A DNA stretch of 64,000 nt from Pachysolen tannophilus NRRL Y-2460 (lineage: Eukaryota): contig KV454012.1 of NCBI GenBank assembly GCA_001661245.1, forward strand, positions 340,147 to 404,146. Direction: 5' to 3'. The notes under the pieces are model-generated. The model ran no database searches. It saw only the letters and a list, made by a program, of their open reading frames with translations, and was not told where the DNA came from. Below are positions 1 to 11,918 of this stretch, piece by piece; the stretch's first letter is position 1; each line of letters starts with the position of its first letter. The translations under genes were made by a program, and so were the position numbers.

Positions 1-989
1 GTCATAATTACTGCTTCATATCCAGAAATTCCCATATGCCATAAAGGGAAATGCCATACGCATAAAAAGATGGAAGTTGTAATTGTCCAGTACATATAAG
101 AATTAATGACATTCACTAAAAATTGGAAATATCCAAATTTAACAACTGATTGTGTTGATCTAGAAATTTTTTCGGTTACCAGAGTTCCGTTACCATTCTG
201 GAAACCATTAGTAGTTTCAATAGTAGTTTCAGTGGATATTGGTGTTGGTACAGAATTAATTTCGAATAAGACTGAACCATTTTCTGATGGAATCAATTGT
301 ATCTTGATATCTTTAAAATCTTTAATAGTCCAAGCATCAAAGGCAATATCTAGAAAAATAAGAGACCATTCGATATATGCATAATAAGAATATGCTCCTG
401 CAACTCTATGAACTTTATGCTGGATGAATAGATAAATTAATGGACCTAAAGCACCAAAAAATGTCAGAGCTGTAATAATTCTACCAAATTTTAAACTTGA
501 ACCAATAGGTGATAATTTTGTTATTGATATTGTCCATGGAAGTGTTAAAACAATATAACTAATCATGAAAATATCATGGAAATCATGATCATCAGTAGAA
601 GTAATATAAACCCAACCGCCGCACGTGACTGTTCTTAATATACCAACAATTAAAATAATTTTATTATAGATTGAATTTTTCTTGTATAATTTTAAATAAC
701 ACAAGAAAATTAATAAAAATCTGGGCCCTGAAGTTAAAGCTATTAATATTTGGAAAATAGATCTTTCTGGATATCTATCTCCAATAGTTGCAGAAACACT
801 TGGAAACCATTCATCTGGATACCCATAATGAGCATTTTGAACAATTTTATCATAATGTAACAGAACACCAACTATAAGAGCCGCTATAAAAGCAGAAAAT
901 GCACATATCGTATGAGCATACGCAACTACCACAGCATTAAACTGAATAATGGGTGTCGGTATTGGTGTCACTATTGAAGATGAAGTCAT
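1..989 (-). CDS. CWH43: Cwh43/PGAP2-like GPI lipid remodelase, N-terminal part (runs off the window start; missing from the ORF track)
   Basis: Manual translation from ATG at 989: MTSSSIVTP...AYAHTICAFSAF...LHYDKIVQNAHYGYPDEWFPSVSATIGDRYPERSIFQILIALTSGPRF...HRVAGAYSYYAYIEWSLI, typical of the Frag1/Cwh43 N-terminus. Confidence 0.93.
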   Translation of the reverse strand, partial: MTSSSIVTPIPTPIIQFNAVVVAYAHTICAFSAFIAALIVGVLLHYDKIVQNAHYGYPDEWFPSVSATIGDRYPERSIFQILIALTSGPRFLLIFLCYLKLYKKNSIYNKIILIVGILRTVTCGGWVYITSTDDHDFHDIFMISYIVLTLPWTISITKLSPIGSSLKFGRIITALTFFGALGPLIYLFIQHKVHRVAGAYSYYAYIEWSLIFLDIAFDAWTIKDFKDIKIQLIPSENGSVLFEINSVPTPISTETTIETTNGFQNGNGTLVTEKISRSTQSVVKFGYFQFLVNVINSYMYWTITTSIFLCVWHFPLWHMGISGYEAVIM

Positions 990-1707
990 ATGTAATTAAT
1001 TATAAAAGAAAGAAAAAAAACTTTAAAAACAAGATAGAAATGAAATTAAAGAAAGAAAAAAACAACTAAAAGAAAGAAAAACAAAAATGAAAAAAAAAAA
1101 AAAGAGAAAAAAAAAAAAAAAAAAAAATTAAATAAAAAAAAAAAATNNNNNNNNNNNNNNNNNNNNNNNNNNNNNNNNNNNNNNNNNNNNNNNNNNNNNN
1201 NNNNNNNNNNNNNNNNNNNNNNNNNNNNNNNNNNNNNNNNNNNNNNNNNNNNNNNNNNNNNNNNNNNNNNNNNNNNNNNNNNNNNNNNNNNNNNNNNNNN
1301 NNNNNNNNNNNNNNNNNNNNNNNNNNNNNNNNNNNNNNNNAAAAAAAAAAAAAAAAAAAACTTAATTAGCAAAAGCAATCTTTCTGCTGCGATTAAACAA
1401 CACTGCTCAACCTTTTAAACTTGATAGTTGTAATTTATTATTTTTTAATTTATTTTATATTATAATATATATATATATATTTACAACACGTTATTTTACC
1501 AGACATAATAAAAAAAAAAAATTTTTTCCAAACACAAATTTTGGTCGTGCGTAAATGTTCCAAAAAAACTTTCAAATTTTGTTATTAAAAATGGAGCAAT
1601 AGAAAGGTTGATAACGATAATAAAAAGAATTAATAATAATTATATTATTATTATTATAGTTAATCCATTGGTTGTATTGGATCAATCAGGTAAATTTAGT
1701 TGTGAAT

Positions 1708-2070
1708 ATGTCGAGTATGTTTTTGTGTATTTTTTTTCCTTTTTTTTTATTGATTTTTATTACTGACTAAAAATAATTTATTTTGGTAGATACAAAAGAA
1801 CACATTAGATCACCAAATGTTTCATTTGATACGATTAATTATGCAGAGCCTGAGCAATTGAGGTTGGCACAAGAATCGATGTTGAGGGAACAATTGGTGA
1901 GGGTTGCTGCATTAAAAGTTGTTAGAAAAGCATTGGAGAAATGTTATCTGGTCACTGCACCTAATCATTATGAGGATTGTAGAGAAATTGCAGAAAAATA
2001 TATGGATATGTTACCAAATCATAGAGTTCAAGGTTATTTGGGATACCAAAAAAATGATCCTTCAAAATAA
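1708..2070 (+). CDS. Mitochondrial complex I accessory subunit, NDUFB10/PDSW-like; exons 1708-1714 and 1790-2070
   Basis: ATG TCG A|GTATGT donor, TACTGAC branch, TAG acceptor at 1789 give in-frame MSNTKEH...; motif REQLVR...ALEKCY...NHYEDC (CX10C-like). Confidence 0.8.
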
Positions 2071-2083
2071 CCCATTAAGGGGT

Positions 2084-2120
<37 letters not shown>

Positions 2121-3012
2121 TTAAAAAAAATACAGATTAATCATTATTTATATGTTATGTTATATAAGGTTTTTAAAGAACCGGGTTTAACTTGTAAAAT
2201 CATTTTTTGAGGGGAGGACTGTTTTTTTTTTTTTTTGCAGAATCGTAGTTGTATGGTCTTGTAGACTAAAAAAATCGAATTCACCTAGTTGAAAGAGGTT
2301 CAGGGACAGTAAGAAATAATTTACCGGCTGATTTTTCTAGTACTTTTGTTATTATTGGCTAGGCCAAAGGCTGGTTTAAAGGCTGGTTTAAATGTGAACC
2401 AACGCTGGGGAGATGCTGAGATGCACGAGGGCGGGCTCCAGGGCGGCTCCAGGGCGGCGCTAGGCCGGCGCTAGGCTAGCTGTACCGCCGGCCACTACTA
2501 AAGGCCACTACAACCGTCCACAACTACAGGGTTGAAAACTTGGAATGGAAAAAATTTTATTTCCTCTTCTTCATATTCCTATCTTACTATATTATATTAC
2601 AAATTCCACCTTCTCCTAAAAACATTTGCTACCCACTCGTAATCTACTACGACCTATATGACAGGGCTTCCCTTTAAAATTTCTAATTTCCTTTGAATTA
2701 CTGAATTTCTCTCTGCGGGAAAGTTTCCACCTGCACTTGTATGCAATGTTATGCACTATTATGCACCTGCTAACACTTTTTAAAATTTCTTTGGACTTCC
2801 TAATAAAGCAACTCCTACTGTATTAGGAAACCAATTTTTTATATTTCCTAAAAAAAAAAATTTTTTAAATTTTTTAAATTTTTTAAATTTTTTTCTGTGA
2901 AAATTTCAGTTTCATTAACACTCAAACATATAAAAACATAGCCAAATTCAATACGAGTTACCGCAATAGGAAGGTGACTTCTTGTTGTGGAAGGCGGATG
3001 GTCGTCAATCGG

Positions 3013-3028
3013 TTTCCTAATTTGGCAT
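3013..3028 (+). promoter_or_regulatory. Mcm1/MADS-box-like site upstream of VRG4
   Basis: TTTCCTAATTTGGCAT matches CC(A/T)6GG with TTT flank; single motif match only. Confidence 0.4.
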
Positions 3029-3287
3029 TTTTCACAGGAATTTCAGTTCAACAGCAGAAAAATAACTTTTGTTGACATCTTTTCTTTCCTCTTTTAAAAT
3101 TCCTTCAATAATAACATTTATAAGAGTGTTATTTTCTGTTAATTATTTAAATTTAATTTTTATTTTTATTATAATTAATTTATCTTTTTTTTTTATCTCA
3201 TCTTGTATTGATCAATATATTTATATATATTATTTTGTATTTTGTATTTTTAGATTGGGGAAAAAAGAAAAAAAAAAAGATTAAAAA

Positions 3288-4301
3288 ATGTCGAATGAAA
3301 AGAAAGATAATATTGAGGTAACGACTAGTAGCGTTCCAGCACCGGTTACTAAATCATTAACTAATTCAGCTCCATTATCGATTTTATCGTATTGTATGGC
3401 TTCTATTTTAATGACGGTGACCAATAAATATGTTGTTTCTGGTATGTCATTTAATATGAATTTTTTATTATTGGCGGTTCAAGGATTTGTTTGTGTTGGT
3501 TTAATTAGTGTTTTAAAAGCTTTAGGTATTATTACTTATAGAGAATTTAATAAAAATGAAGCTAAAAAATGGTCACCAATTGCATTTTTATTGGTTGGTA
3601 TGATTTATACTTCATCAAAATCTTTACAATATTTATCAATTCCTGTTTATACCATTTTTAAAAATTTAACTATTATTTTAATTGCTTATGGTGAAGTTTT
3701 ATGGTTTGGCGGTAAAGTTACTTCAATGGCTCTTAGTTCATTCTTATTGATGGTTTTATCTTCAGTTATTGCTTGTTATGGTGATTCTAATGCTGAAGGT
3801 AATTGGAATTTAAATATTGGATATTTTTGGATGCTTACAAATTGTTTTTCAACTGCTTCATTTGTATTATTTATGAGAAAAAGAATTAAATTAACAAATT
3901 TTAAAGATTTTGATACAATGTTTTATAATAATTTGTTAAGTATTCCAATCTTGGTAATTTCATCATTTATCTTGGAAGATTGGTCTGCTGAAAATTTAGA
4001 AAGAAATTTCCCAACAGATTCAAGAGTACTGACAATTTCTGCAATGGTCATTAGTGGTATGAGTGCTGTTGGTATTTCTTATACTTCTGCATGGTGTGTT
4101 AGAGTCACTTCTTCTACTACTTATTCAATGGTTGGTGCTTTAAATAAATTACCAATTGCTTTATCAGGTTTAATATTCTTTGATGCTGCAATCAATTTTT
4201 TTTCAGTTACTTCAATCTTTGTTGGTTTTGCTGCTGGTTTAGTTTATGCAGTTGCAAAACAAAAACAAAAAGAACAAGAAGCTGCAAACTTGCCAAAATA
4301 A
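3288..4301 (+). CDS. VRG4: Golgi GDP-mannose transporter
   Basis: [44 protein letters not shown] (GALNK motif); 337 aa multi-TM protein. Confidence 0.96.
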   Translation: MSNEKKDNIEVTTSSVPAPVTKSLTNSAPLSILSYCMASILMTVTNKYVVSGMSFNMNFLLLAVQGFVCVGLISVLKALGIITYREFNKNEAKKWSPIAFLLVGMIYTSSKSLQYLSIPVYTIFKNLTIILIAYGEVLWFGGKVTSMALSSFLLMVLSSVIACYGDSNAEGNWNLNIGYFWMLTNCFSTASFVLFMRKRIKLTNFKDFDTMFYNNLLSIPILVISSFILEDWSAENLERNFPTDSRVLTISAMVISGMSAVGISYTSAWCVRVTSSTTYSMVGALNKLPIALSGLIFFDAAINFFSVTSIFVGFAAGLVYAVAKQKQKEQEAANLPK

Positions 4302-4319
4302 TCAATCAAATAAAAAAAA

Positions 4320-4562
4320 TTTTTTTTTTTTTTTTTGATTTATTTTAATCATTTTTATACAGCTTTTCTACTTTAACTACTGGTTGGTGTCTACAACAAC
4401 AGAGATTTTTTGAAAAAAAAAAAAACAAAAAAAACAAAAAAAAAATAAAAGAATAAATGTGGTACATCTATCTATATAATGAATAACCACATATATTTTA
4501 TTTCGTCTTATATATTGGATTATTTTGTACACTTAAAATCTGAATGATTTTCTTTTTTTCTT

Positions 4563-4603
<41 letters not shown>

Positions 4604-5072
4604 NNNNNNNNNNNNNNNNNNNNNNNNNNNNNNNNNNNNNNNNNNNNNNNNNNNNNNNNNNNNNNNNNNNNNNNNNNNNNNNNNNNNNNNNNNNNNNNNN
4701 NNNNNNNNNNNNNNNNNNNNNNNNNNNNNNNNNNNNNNNNNNNNNNNNNNNNNNNNNNNNNNNNNNNNNNNNNNNNNNNNNNNNNNNNNNNNNNTTTTTT
4801 TTTTTTTTTTTTTGATTTATTTTAATCATTTTTATACAGCTTTTTCTACTTTAACTACTGGTTGGGGTCTACAACAACAGGAGATTTTTTGAAAAAAAAA
4901 AAAAACAAAAAAAACAAAAAAAAAAATAAAAGAATAAATGTGGTACATCTATCTATATAATGAATAACCACATATATTTTATTTCGTCTTATATATTGGA
5001 TTATTTTGTACACTTAAAATCTGAATGATTTTCTTTTTTTCTCTCTTTTTTTTTTTTTTTTTTTTTTTTTTT
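4320..5072. repeat. Near-identical ~280 bp direct duplication on either side of an N-gap (about 4320-4603 and 4795-5072); probable unmerged contig overlap
   Basis: Same sequence GATTTATTTTAATCATTTTTATACAGC...CTGAATGATTTTC on both sides of the gap, differing by a few bases and homopolymer lengths. Confidence 0.85.
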
Positions 5073-5286
5073 ATTATTATTATTATTATTTAATATTTTG
5101 ACTTTGTGAATTCACATTTGATATACTAATATTACTTTTAATATTGTATTCATTGGTATACCATTTTTTTTTTTTTGTTGTTGAAATTAATTGTTCATTT
5201 TGAGTCATTTTTATATATATATACATATATATATATACAAAATATACAAATATTTTTATATATTAATATTAATATTATTGTTATTA

Positions 5287-6957
5287 TTAATCTTTATCAG
5301 GTCTTGCCTTTGGACCCCAATTTTTAGTTGGATTTTGTTGATACCTAACAATTTTAACTTTTCTTAATGTTTTAATTTTTTTGCTTGTTTCATTTAAATC
5401 AAATTTTATTCCTTCAATACCTTGTGGGAATGATTGTTTCCCTAATTGTTCATTTGTTAAAATCTTAAAAGCTGCAGTAGTCTCACTTAATTTATCCATT
5501 TTAATGGGATTCAATTCTATCCATTTCTTCATAATAAGCCATATCAATTCCCATGGTGCATCTGTCTTAATCAGTGATGGACAAGCATGGGTTAATGAAA
5601 CATCATATCCAGAATTACCAATAGCTGCAGCTAGTTCGTTAATAGACGGTGGTTGACAATGTAATACTGAAGAAAGTGATGTTGGTTTAAAATAAAATGG
5701 TTGTTCTAATTCTTGTTTGGCTAATATAACCATACCTTTTATTCTACTAGTGGTACCATAAACATCTTCTGGTAAAGTTTTTTGAATCTCCAAGATTTTA
5801 TCCATGAATTCCTGATTATGTAACGGTCCAGACCACATTGGACCTGTTAAATGATTTTTATAACCACAATACGTACATTCAGAACCACATGGTGGTCCTT
5901 GACTTCTTTTAAAATTATATTGATTTTGTTTAGAAGTTGCCTTTTCATTTATAATTTTCTTTCCCAATGGTTGATTATAAGTTGTACCACAACCAGAACA
6001 TAAATATGTAATCATTGTATTTGACATTAATTCTTTAACCTTAATTGGTGACGTTTTAACTTTTATAAATAATCGAACATAAAAATCAATTGATAAACAA
6101 AGTTGAGGTTCAATTGTCTTTTTATATTTTGCTGCAGTTGAAGCAATTAAATTCAAAACTAATCTTAATGCACTCTCATGGGTTGGATCACCCCAAACAT
6201 TAGTTCCACCATATAATGCAAAACATTTTTCTGGGTAACCATTACCTGCTAAAACACCTAAATCAGTACAAGTTACCAACAATAACCCATTGTCTTTGAT
6301 TGATTGTAATGCTGAATCGATAAAAGGTGCTGCGGTTCCATAAGGGTCCAAATCAATGACATGAAACAGATTCTGTGATTGTTGTTGAGACATGAATACA
6401 ATAGCGTCACCTTGGTTCGCTTTAACAATATCTTGAACGCCATTATGATTGATATTTCGCTTGATAGATTCTACAGCTGAAGGCGAAAAGTCATTGGCAA
6501 CAATACTCTTCACAAGTGGTATCTCCTTGGCATATCTAATTGCTCTTAAACCAGAAGCACTGAGAGCTTCTAAAATCGTAATATAAGGTTTTGATGGCTC
6601 TTCATCATTACCCAGTAACTCTACTTCTGCTTCTTCTTCTTTTTCTACTTCTTCTTTTTGTTGTTGTTGTACCTTTTGCGCCTTTGGTTCTCCATCTGCA
6701 TTACGCTTCCGTGATAACCTTTCCTTCTGAATAGCCGCATGCCTACCTCGTTCCAACTCCAGCCATGCTCTTATTCCAGTCACACTCAAGTCTCTGTTGA
6801 ATTGTTGAATTGGATTATAAAAAACAGTATTTTCAACAGGCGTTAAAACACTGGCTTTACCTTCTTTAATTGCTGTAAACTTTTCCAAGTTTATCTCCTT
6901 CTCACACATTCTCAAGATCAGCTTCTGTGCTCTGGATAAAACCCTAATAAAGTCCAT
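5287..6957 (-). CDS. TRM1: tRNA (guanine26-N2,N2)-dimethyltransferase; in-frame ATGs at 6957 and 6909
   Basis: VFYNPIQQFNRDLS, ILEALSASGLRAIRY, IDLDPYG, LLLVTCTD, C-terminal RYQQNPTKNWGPKARP. Confidence 0.96.
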   Translation of the reverse strand: MDFIRVLSRAQKLILRMCEKEINLEKFTAIKEGKASVLTPVENTVFYNPIQQFNRDLSVTGIRAWLELERGRHAAIQKERLSRKRNADGEPKAQKVQQQQKEEVEKEEEAEVELLGNDEEPSKPYITILEALSASGLRAIRYAKEIPLVKSIVANDFSPSAVESIKRNINHNGVQDIVKANQGDAIVFMSQQQSQNLFHVIDLDPYGTAAPFIDSALQSIKDNGLLLVTCTDLGVLAGNGYPEKCFALYGGTNVWGDPTHESALRLVLNLIASTAAKYKKTIEPQLCLSIDFYVRLFIKVKTSPIKVKELMSNTMITYLCSGCGTTYNQPLGKKIINEKATSKQNQYNFKRSQGPPCGSECTYCGYKNHLTGPMWSGPLHNQEFMDKILEIQKTLPEDVYGTTSRIKGMVILAKQELEQPFYFKPTSLSSVLHCQPPSINELAAAIGNSGYDVSLTHACPSLIKTDAPWELIWLIMKKWIELNPIKMDKLSETTAAFKILTNEQLGKQSFPQGIEGIKFDLNETSKKIKTLRKVKIVRYQQNPTKNWGPKARPDKD

Positions 6958-7135
6958 AAAATTAATCAAGAAATAACTTGACAAATTCAATGATTTCAGT
7001 GAATAAAAAATTTTTCAAAAAATGTTTTTTTTTTCTTTATTTTTTTCTATATAATTTTTAGATGATCATCTTTGCATCAACTAAAATCGAATTTTTTGAA
7101 TATAGCGGTGAGAGTTTTAATCAAAGCTATATTTG

Positions 7136-8839
7136 ATGATTAGATCTATCAGTGTGAGATCATCGTTTTTATCTGTGTTTAACTGTATTGGAAAGCGTTT
7201 ATTAATTAAAAATTCATTGGTACAAATTAAAACAAATAAGTTTATTATGACGCCCATTTTTTTCCATAGAGATATTAGCACTGATATTAATTTGAATCCA
7301 GCAGAGGCAAAGATTAGAGGTCTCTTGGTGGATTTTTGTGATCAGTACAATCTGAAGCATGATCCCCCATTAGTTTTACGTATTACTGGTGGATGGGTAA
7401 GAGATAAGCTTTTGGGGAATGAAAGTAATGATATTGATATTGCTATTGATCATTTGTCAGGTGAGAAATTTGCTAGTCTCTTGGTAGATTATATTAATTC
7501 AAAACCTAAAATAACAGAAGATGAAAGAATATTAAGTAATTCAATTCATAAAATTGAGAAAAACCCAGAAAAGTCGAAACATTTAGAAACATGTACTACA
7601 AAATTATACGGATTAGATATAGATTTTGTTAATTTAAGAAATGAAGAATATACTGAAGAAAGTCGCATACCAATTATCAAGTATGGAACACCTGAAGAAG
7701 ATGCATTGAGAAGAGATGCTACATTAAATGCCCTTTTTTATAATTTGCAAACTCAAAAAGTGGAAGATTTTACTCAAAGAGGTTTAGAAGATTTGGCTAA
7801 TGGTTTACTCAGAACACCGTTATCACCTAAAAAGACATTCTTGGATGACCCATTAAGGTGCTTGAGACTAATACGTTTTGCAAGTAGGTTCAATTTTTCT
7901 ATTGAACAAGAGACATTGGACGCAATGTCTCAAGAGGAAATTAGGCATGCATTGCATAGGAAAATTAGTAGAGAACGTGTTGGTGTAGAAATTGAAAAAA
8001 TGTTAGCTGGACCAAATCCTGACTATGGTTTGAAATTAATATACCAGACGCAGTTGTACAGCTCTATTTTTAACTTTGGTGATGTAACAGATGTTGTAAT
8101 GGACATGAATAAAGACAAGCATGTCTTAATTCGAGAAATTTCACAGCGCAATCAAGAATTTTTGAAAAAAATTGTTACAGAGTTTCCACTTTTAATTGAA
8201 TTAATCCAAAAACATGAAGATTTAAATGAGGAATGGGAAATAATTAACAAAGATAAATTTTTGAAAAAAATTCTATACTTATCACTTCTAATAACAGAAT
8301 GGGAAGGTTTGCAACTTTTAGCAAACCCAAAGAAAAAAATTAAAAAAATGTTATATGCATCGGAACTAATTATTAAAGAAGGTGTCAAATATTCCACAAA
8401 AGAAAGTGATATTATATCAGGGATTGTGAACTCAAGCGAATCTTTTAAATCATTTGTAAATCTTGTTTTAACCAATAGTTCCATTAAGAGATCAGAAATA
8501 GGATTATTTATTAAAAATTACAATGAGTACTGGAGGTTGGCAGTTATCTTTAACTTATTGAGCTCTTGTCTCAAGAACAATAATGAACAAAACTTGGACG
8601 TGATTTTTAAAAATTATGAAAGCTTTTTAGATACTATAGTAGAATTAGACTTATCACATGTATATACAATTAAACCACTCATAGATGGTAAGACTTTATC
8701 ACATGAATTAAATATCAAACCGGGCCCATGGATGAAGAAAGCTCAGGATCTGATATTAATCTGGCAATTAGATAATTCGGATAAGAGTAAAGAAGAGTGT
8801 CTTGACTATATTAAAAAAATTTTACCAGAATTTATTTAA
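7136..8839 (+). CDS. CCA1: tRNA CCA-adding nucleotidyltransferase with N-terminal presequence-like extension
   Basis: LRITGGWVRDKLLG, DIDIA, KSKHLET, DFVNLR, DALRRDATLNALFYN, TFLDDPLR, ISRERVGVE. Confidence 0.96.
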   Translation: MIRSISVRSSFLSVFNCIGKRLLIKNSLVQIKTNKFIMTPIFFHRDISTDINLNPAEAKIRGLLVDFCDQYNLKHDPPLVLRITGGWVRDKLLGNESNDIDIAIDHLSGEKFASLLVDYINSKPKITEDERILSNSIHKIEKNPEKSKHLETCTTKLYGLDIDFVNLRNEEYTEESRIPIIKYGTPEEDALRRDATLNALFYNLQTQKVEDFTQRGLEDLANGLLRTPLSPKKTFLDDPLRCLRLIRFASRFNFSIEQETLDAMSQEEIRHALHRKISRERVGVEIEKMLAGPNPDYGLKLIYQTQLYSSIFNFGDVTDVVMDMNKDKHVLIREISQRNQEFLKKIVTEFPLLIELIQKHEDLNEEWEIINKDKFLKKILYLSLLITEWEGLQLLANPKKKIKKMLYASELIIKEGVKYSTKESDIISGIVNSSESFKSFVNLVLTNSSIKRSEIGLFIKNYNEYWRLAVIFNLLSSCLKNNNEQNLDVIFKNYESFLDTIVELDLSHVYTIKPLIDGKTLSHELNIKPGPWMKKAQDLILIWQLDNSDKSKEECLDYIKKILPEFI

Positions 8840-9217
8840 TTTGATGTTTATGTGTATAGTTTAAATATGAAAGAATAATCATGTTTGGAAGCAAAAAATT
8901 CCTATATCCAAACTTCGATGCTGATGACAATAGCCGAAGAATAAGAAAAAATAAATAAATATGAAGCAAAGCCTAAAAAATGGAAATAAAATAAAATGAA
9001 AACAAGTAAAAGCAGGTGCCTAAATCTAAAGTCTAAAATGATTATAAAACTCTAAAGCTGGGCAATACGGAATGAATATGTTTTGACGGGAATTCTTTTT
9101 TNTTTTTTTTTTTTTTTTATTTTTTCTTATTTTTTCTATTTTCACAATTACGTTTTATTGATTTTTATTAAATTTTGCATTGATATAAATTCTGATCTTT
9201 CAATTTATTAAGAGATA

Positions 9218-9786
9218 TTATTGTTCGTGACTAATAAACTCAAATAAATTGAAAAAGTTCTCATTAAATTTTCCTTCACCTGTAGTATCTAAAAAGTTAT
9301 CGTACAATAGGGTCTGACTATTGAAATCTTCGTTCATGTCTAAAGACAGTTGAACTTGATGAGGATGAGGACTCGAATGATGATATTGCAGGTGAGCACC
9401 CATTGGCGAAGTCACAGCTTTCAAAGTTATCTCTGAATCAACGGTATTCATCAGATATGAGTTTGTATTAACGATGTGCTGTTCTACCAGTGGAAACTGC
9501 TCATGTTTCTGACGAATGCCACCAATAGCAATCTCGGGATTATTCTGCCATTGTTGATGCTTCAATTGCTTGTGATGAGAATGCTGTTGTGTCAATTTGA
9601 GATCCCCTTGGAAATCACTTGAGTTATCAATCTCGGTTTTCATTGAAAAATCAGGACTTGTTGGGGTTGCAATAGATGAAACACTATTAGCTGTCGTTGA
9701 ACCAGAAGGTATATCCAAAGGAGGACCTAAACAGCTACCAGAGATACCGGCATTGAAACTGCTTGGAGATGCAGTATCATTAATGC

Positions 9787-9817
<31 letters not shown>

Positions 9818-11918
9818 GTTGTTGTTGTTATAGTCAGTTCTTCTAGCAATAGCAGATAAATTATATAGACTAACACTTGAAGAATTCATCCTATTGTAAT
9901 GCTGCTGCGGCTGTTGCTGCTGCTGCTGCTGATTTCCATGAATAAATGAGTGATAGTATCCATTGAAAACCTCATTTTTATAAGAATCTTGCCTTTGAGC
10001 CATTGGCAGTTGGAAATTATTATCACTCATACTCATTGAAAGACTGTTTGAGTGTCTTGACCTTCTCGAATTAGATCTAATAGGTGACAACCTTGGTCCT
10101 TTAGTTGGAGTACCAGAAGCATTATTTATGGAAAACAGTGAAATAGATCTCTGATGAGTGGGTCTCATTGCTCTCATTGGTGAACTATTAGCTATAATTG
10201 TCATTGGTGTTGCACTATTAGAGTTATTCGTCAATGTCATATTATTAAAGCTTGAATTAAGAGAAACTGAAGATAAAGTTCTCCTTGACTGTTTTCTCTT
10301 GATACCCATCACTTTGGACATAGCAACCAATGCATCATTCTCTGAGTTTGTTGAATTTACCAGCTTTGTGAGCGAAAATTCGTTTGGATATGCAATGTCA
10401 ATATACTCATTATTTTTTTCTTCTTCATCCTCGTTATCAGTAGCACTTAGGCTATAGGGAGTATTACCCAAACTACCCACATTCAGCAATGAGCTATTAC
10501 TTTTCAGTAACGAATGCAAAACAGGTGAATCTATCATTCTATATGGAGAGGATGATGTTAAAATTGGAGGAGATCCACTTCTAGCTCTATTGAGTTGTGG
10601 TGCCATTCTTAAAGAGCATAAATCTGAAGTTGAGGAAGATGAACTTATACTTTTTGATAAATTTGGTAGTAAGATGGCTCTACCAGAATCGTCAATTTTA
10701 ATACAAAGTCCCGAAACATTTGAACCGGATCTATTTCTGTTCAGATTGTTGTTATTTGAAGTATTGTTACTATTTATCAGCTGTGATGGAAGTACTATTG
10801 GACTTGGTAGTTGATGATGATCCATACTAACTGGGGTTAATACAGCAGGTGAAGAACTTGATTGAGTACGTAAAAGAGGATATCCGTTTGATCTTGATTG
10901 CTGAACAGTAGTTGTATAAGTTCTTTTCAAAGGAGATGATGAAGCAGTAGCGGGTCCACTATTTGTACCACCATTCAGGGTACCTGTTTTTGCTAAATCA
11001 TGAATACTATTAGTAATATATGCAATCATTGGACTAGGATGTACCAATGGGGCAGCAGAATCAATAGAATCATCAGTAGATACAATGGATTCTTTAATTT
11101 TTTCTGTCTTTGAATTAGTATTATTTCTTCTTAAAAATTTTGGAAATCTATTTGGTTTCTTGCCAGTTGGAGTAACAATATTATCATTTGGAATTGTAGT
11201 TGTAGTTGCAGCTGCAGTTGTAGTTGTATTTTGGTTTGAAGTCACCGGTTGTTGTTCAACAAATACAAATTCAACAGGATTCCCATTTTTATCAGTTTTA
11301 GGTCTTCTAGGTAAATGTCTTCTACCAAAATTTGTAGTTGAAACAACTCTTGCAGTATGTTGTTTTAATGAACAAGAAGAGTCATGTGAAGTACAAGTTT
11401 CATTTGTAGTATCATTTTCTAAATTACCAGCATTAGAAGATGCCTTTGACAGAATAAGATTTGATTGTTCTTCACAATCATCACTCTTATATTTTTTCAA
11501 TCTCCATACTTTTCTAGAATTAGAATTCGAATTGGGTATTGAAACTTGAAAAGTTTTAGTTGGTGTTGCTAATACTGGAGAAATTTGAGGTGAATTTTTT
11601 TTCTCCTTTAACGAACTACTATTATTAGCACTACCTCCGCCGCCCTCGTTATTAATAACTCCTCCACCTGATGTTGTTGTTGAGGTTGTTGTTGATGATA
11701 AAAAACTTATTGGAGATTTCAAAGATGATGACTGTTGATTCCCATTATTGCTTGTATCCACTTTTAAATGTGGTCGCCTTAAAGAATAAAAAAAAAATAA
11801 AAAATAAAGTAAAACATTGAAATCAGTTAGTAAATAAATCTTAAACGGTAAATCAAACAAACGGCGAAATCGAAAATCTAAAGCCGAACAAAGGAAATAC
11901 TTACCTTGACATCTTCAT
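9218..11918 (-). CDS. Ser/Asn/Thr-rich disordered protein of about 860 aa, possibly a Bck2 positional homologue; exons 11918-11905 and 11777-9218
   Basis: Long ORF lacking an early ATG; ATG AAG ATG TCA AG|GTAAGT donor at 11904, TACTAAC branch near 11830 and AAG acceptor at 11778 restore the frame (MKMSRRPHLKVDT). Identity is inferred only from composition, size and position next to CCA1. Confidence 0.7.

Noticed and set aside
1046..1378. ORFs spanning N-gaps (also 4533-4829 and 54987-55386)
   Set aside because: Open only because of Ns and homopolymers.
4320..5072. Direct repeats as LTRs or a real tandem duplication
   Set aside because: The copies abut an N-gap, end in homopolymers and differ only by read-error-like changes; no TG..CA ends or coding remnants.
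9597..11549. Antisense and alternative-frame ORFs inside large genes (here and throughout the window)
   Set aside because: Shadows of codon bias and trinucleotide repeats; non-ATG starts and no domain signal.
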